From IMG/VR virus record IMGVR_UViG_3300045988_147330, positions 32,001-96,000 of that record: 64,000 nucleotides of DNA; one strand, given 5' to 3'. Shown here piece by piece: positions 61,301-64,000 of this stretch. Under the pieces are notes generated by a model. It saw only the letters and a list, made by a program, of their open reading frames with translations, ran no database searches and had not been told where the DNA came from. The position numbers and the translations under genes are program-made. This DNA is from a virus. Positions within the stretch are counted from its first letter, which is position 1. Each line of letters starts with the position of its first letter.

Positions 61301-63988
61301 ATATTTTTTGTCAATAAATTCATTAAACAATTTTTTAGCATTCTCCCCAAGTTCGCTAGTTGTGGCAAAATTTTCAGACTGAATCCTTATAAAGTCCTTT
61401 TGAGCCTCATTTAATTTATTTACATCAATACCAACAAATACTTTTTTCAATTCTTTATCAAGACTGTTTGCAAAAACATTAAATGATTTTTCAAGTTCTT
61501 TAGTTTCGCCCATTATACCTACTTTCAGTTTGTCATATTCCTTCAACAATTCCTCACTGTCAAAATGGGTTTTGTTCTTGAATATTTCAAATGTTCGCGC
61601 ATCCCCTGACGTTTCAGCCAAAGAACGTATCTTCTCGACAATAGTAGCTGCCGAAGCTCCTTTATTTATAAGTTCGGTAAGTTCGTTTCTCCATTCCTTA
61701 GTACCCTTACCCATGTTTATAATCTCTTTGGATGCCTGTACTATCTGCCCACGGAACTCTTCTATATTCTTTCCTGATGAAGTTAGTTTTACGGCTGATT
61801 CTTCATAATCTTTAAGCAAATCAGAGAATGAATCACCAAACACACCTGTAGATGTTGCCTTGTCCGCCTTGAACAATATATCCGCATTTTCGGCAGCACG
61901 TTTATATGTTTGTTCTAGTTCTGCTGTTGAATTTTGAAGATATTCCACACGCGATTTTTGATCATCTATCTTCTTGCTGTTCTGTATGATATACTGACCA
62001 ATATTACCATATTTAGATAATATGCCATTCAATGTTTCCTCATACAACTGCAACTGCTTCGTATCAAGTGTCTGAATATTCTCAGGGGTGAGTTTATCGA
62101 AGTTTATCTTATCAAGGTCTTTTTGCAAGTCACTATATGACTCACGGAAAGATTTTGCACTATCTTTTATCTTCTGATTAAACTCTTCCGATCTTGCTGA
62201 CATCACATGAAACGCTTCCGCTACAAGCCCTGCAACGGTAAGTATAGTCATTAAAGGATTAGCCTTTATTGTAAGCCATAAGGTTTTAAGTGAATTTGTC
62301 AATCCGAAAGTGGCAAGTTTAATTCTATTCATCCACATCGTTGTTCTTGTCATAGACAATACTCTTGCAGCTTCCGCACCTGTCAATTTAAGTTCGGTTA
62401 CAAGAAGGTGACGTTCCGCTTGAGTCAACATGTTTGTTGCAAGTATACGCTTTGCCATTTCAGCAGACATTTTCCCTGAATTTACAGCAGCAGCTATTTC
62501 TACAGCAGATAATTGTGTGGATGTGGCTATTTTCCATTTCTCGGCCGTAGTAAGTGTTCTATACATAGCAGCCTGTTTAAGTAAATTTGCCTCACGTAAT
62601 TTTTCTGCCTTAAGGGTATTAGTTGTTGCAACAACTTCTTTTCCAAGCATTGCTATTCTAGCCAACTGTAATGCTTTCAATGCAGCATATCCGACAGCAA
62701 CTCCCTCTATTGCTTTTGCGAAATATCTCCAATTAGTCATTGCATCAGTTATGCTTCCTACAATTCCTTTCAGAACAGAATCATTTGCCTCACCTATATC
62801 ATTCATCATAACCTTGTATGCATCTGCAAGGTTGCTGACCATACCTTTCAATGAAGCGGCCTGTATCTCCTGCATTTTATAAAACATACCTCCGTCCTCT
62901 GTCATTGTAGTAAACATTTCCTTGATATACTCAAAAGGAACTTGACGGGTAGAAATGGCGTTGAACACATCATCAGTTGTCTGGGCTACACCCCTTACTT
63001 CTTCAAGTTTTTTTCTCAATGCGTCCAATGCCGGAATACCTGCTTCTGTAAGTTGTCGTAATTCCTGTCCTCTTAATACACCTGCACTTCTTATCTGACC
63101 ATAGGCAAGAATAATACGTCCCATGTCTACCCCAAGACCTGCGGAAACATCTGCAAGGCTCTTCATCGTGCCATACAGTTCATTTACAGGAATTTGGAAT
63201 GCAGCAAGCTGTTTAGTGTAACTAACAAGTTCACCAAACTGGAAAGGAGATATTACAGCAAGTCCCTTAATCTGATTGAATATTTGGTCAGCCCGCCTTG
63301 CATCTTGTATGATAGCACGTAATGAAACTTGTTGCAACTCAAACTCACCCCTAATATTAACAAGCTCCTGGAACATATCTCTGAAAAAGTAAAACCCTGC
63401 GTAAGTCTTCAAAGTGTTCACGAACTCACGCATCATGCGGCTTTGCTTTGTCAATTCTTCTGTAAATTCTTTAGAGCTTGCAGCATTTTTCTGATTGGTT
63501 TGCTGCATCTTCACTCCATAGGCTGTCGCTTCATTGACAAATTTGTTATGCTCCTGTATCTTTCTGTTAAGAAGAGTAAGGGTGCGGTTATAGTTCGCAT
63601 CAGTCGTATTAAGAGCATTCCGTCTGTTAGTCAATTCAGAAATAAGATTATTAGCCTGATTGATAGATGTTGGATTGATATTAAGCAATTCATTAGTTGA
63701 CGTTTGTTTCAAAGACGATTGCAATTTTTCCAATCTACCTTGTAATCTTTGAATAAGAGTATCAGCCTTTGTTACTTGACTGCTATTCAAAGGGATTTCA
63801 ACCTTAAATTTAGTCAACAGTTCTAGACGTTTCTGTATGGCTGCTATCTTCCTATTCAAGTCTTCTGCACTCCCTTCCGGCATACCAAGTGCAAGACCTG
63901 ACTGACCTGACAAAAATTGAAGATATCTCTGATTGGCTTGCTGCATTCTTCTGTTTGCTTGTTCTTGTTTTGCAGCCTGTCTATCCAT
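58358..63988 (-). CDS. tail tape-measure protein (1876 aa)
   Basis: Very long, mostly helical protein; core segment GQIRSAGVLRGQELRQLTEAGIPALDAL typical of TMP cores; sits upstream of the tail-tip genes. Confidence 0.8.
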   Translation of the reverse strand: MDRQAAKQEQANRRMQQANQRYLQFLSGQSGLALGMPEGSAEDLNRKIAAIQKRLELLTKFKVEIPLNSSQVTKADTLIQRLQGRLEKLQSSLKQTSTNELLNINPTSINQANNLISELTNRRNALNTTDANYNRTLTLLNRKIQEHNKFVNEATAYGVKMQQTNQKNAASSKEFTEELTKQSRMMREFVNTLKTYAGFYFFRDMFQELVNIRGEFELQQVSLRAIIQDARRADQIFNQIKGLAVISPFQFGELVSYTKQLAAFQIPVNELYGTMKSLADVSAGLGVDMGRIILAYGQIRSAGVLRGQELRQLTEAGIPALDALRKKLEEVRGVAQTTDDVFNAISTRQVPFEYIKEMFTTMTEDGGMFYKMQEIQAASLKGMVSNLADAYKVMMNDIGEANDSVLKGIVGSITDAMTNWRYFAKAIEGVAVGYAALKALQLARIAMLGKEVVATTNTLKAEKLREANLLKQAAMYRTLTTAEKWKIATSTQLSAVEIAAAVNSGKMSAEMAKRILATNMLTQAERHLLVTELKLTGAEAARVLSMTRTTMWMNRIKLATFGLTNSLKTLWLTIKANPLMTILTVAGLVAEAFHVMSARSEEFNQKIKDSAKSFRESYSDLQKDLDKINFDKLTPENIQTLDTKQLQLYEETLNGILSKYGNIGQYIIQNSKKIDDQKSRVEYLQNSTAELEQTYKRAAENADILFKADKATSTGVFGDSFSDLLKDYEESAVKLTSSGKNIEEFRGQIVQASKEIINMGKGTKEWRNELTELINKGASAATIVEKIRSLAETSGDARTFEIFKNKTHFDSEELLKEYDKLKVGIMGETKELEKSFNVFANSLDKELKKVFVGIDVNKLNEAQKDFIRIQSENFATTSELGENAKKLFNEFIDKKYAVEIELDDKEAQEGLTGWKKSLDEITGHKWTIAIKAADVKSMEDYFKAVKQEYKDAKSSIDNLQKTIDMYVSQGKVKKLGDEYKISGIVSPDEAEQVQQTVYEINAANEAMSKATGTAKQFNLELEKQKKSKGRDPLADLWKNRLSLLESAYSKFKDLSVNIGKEEAKKQIDAIYGPQALKLGVDIVYDKQAIIDNYNKAAKELEKRVPQDAVKNARKASELSSEIYVDAAKKVMKRITDEFDRYRNKYDFFQDILGITGNTDLALDLAVQFSGDTSTMAESFAAGIYNNLQSALAGMNLDLGVSVVPDTSSFTSMNQYINQVQEAIKGNKNIGDEQKQVIQGMIDAWKGYFGEMARQYANDLAEYGDYYTQVDIIREKYRKKIATAEGMGNTSLSSALQKSEEMDLFKLTTDYQNFFGAVEAMSMEAANTVADKVREMLNSAFRSGAISAREYMKELERVDKQIEKMMKNNESDLQTYMKDGIEGLYNKRYDAGKSTMMAGMNDMKQAMADIEKASNAYQEAMKNGDEEAANAALSAKSEAESRYKSGQESVKTGKGMMAAAQNALQTVNLIDFIITNIYNAIKAMQQVISSVSNLMDSMGKDTESGFMREMNQFSEAMGVMNEGVKKSWDSFKSGDFAGAIGSAISMPLDVIATFNRQHDKRLQKHIEDLEFESKKLTNIYNMLEKEFDHLIDPERLDEVTSQQVSNLKEQLQIQKDILSAEEDKKKSDREKVEEYKQSIKEIEYQIRYFTEELAKDLYSIDLKSWASQFGDALVDAWLNGEDAAKAYKDTVADVMRDVVKSWIQQQYIEKALKQVETTLFGTDGKGGMFADNKLDEEEVKNLGIILGSLESSFAEASGVVNEINNALGGMLTETKENAEGLSNAIAGVDENTFNQALGYINGMRYEMIVQSDLLRQLVSLNGGSAGTGGVNITAIQQAQLSILTQQLAATMAIKAALLSVVSIAPRSGGNAIKVIVD

Positions 63989-64000
63989 TTCTTTTGTCCT

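Noticed and set aside
59250-63700. Plus-strand ORFs inside the tape-measure gene (59870-60358, 62430-62882, 63329-63700 and others)
   Set aside because: They are antisense to a continuous 1876-aa ORF, with compositionally biased products.
1-64000. Stop-codon reassignment (TAG or TGA recoding), as seen in some gut Bacteroidota phages
   Set aside because: Very long late-gene ORFs (2575 aa, 1876 aa, 643 aa) are uninterrupted under the standard code. The only confident tRNA is Cys(GCA), not a suppressor.

Overview
The window reads as part of a large tailed dsDNA phage or prophage of a Bacteroidota host. Support for the host call: low GC by eye, many intergenic TAnnTTTG -7 boxes typical of Bacteroides promoters, and a tyrosine integrase. 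All product calls come from motifs read in the supplied translations; no database search was possible.

The window has two convergent arms.
- 1-34.7 kb is a dense plus-strand array of small early, replication and recombination genes. Recognisable ones include YopX-like proteins, KilA-N, a DNA methyltransferase, a YqaJ-type exonuclease, an SF2 helicase, a VRR-NUC-like nuclease, a beta sliding clamp, an integrase, a PP-loop/PAPS-reductase-like protein and a DUF551-like protein.
- 34.9-64 kb is a minus-strand late/tail module. It holds a tape-measure protein of 1876 aa, a 2575-aa fibre with a C-terminal S74 intramolecular-chaperone domain, and further fibre-like proteins. Several plus-strand islands interrupt it.

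The window is very rich in selfish and RNA-guided elements.
1. A complete diversity-generating retroelement: RT at 40242-41564, TR at 41693-41802 and VR at 41975-42084. All 14 TR/VR mismatches fall at TR adenines. It targets the C-terminus of a 643-aa tail-fibre-like protein and has no recognisable Avd.
2. A full-length IscB (PLMP, split RuvC, HNH) with a structured upstream omega-RNA-like leader and no TnpA.
3. A four-copy repeat family derived from the 3' end of a TnpB gene, including a perfect 270-bp direct repeat 47.3 kb apart.
4. An unrelated TnpB C-terminal fragment that truncates a C5 cytosine methyltransferase gene.
5. A LAGLIDADG-type intein splitting the DECH box of the helicase.
6. 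A free-standing NUMOD4/HNH homing endonuclease inside the late operon.

Other notable items: a 28-unit 18-bp coding tandem array (hexapeptide-repeat protein), covarying intergenic stem-loops at 0.9-2.1 kb, a promoter-rich non-coding hub at 10.0-10.65 kb, one canonical tRNA-Cys(GCA) and one aberrant tRNA-like element.
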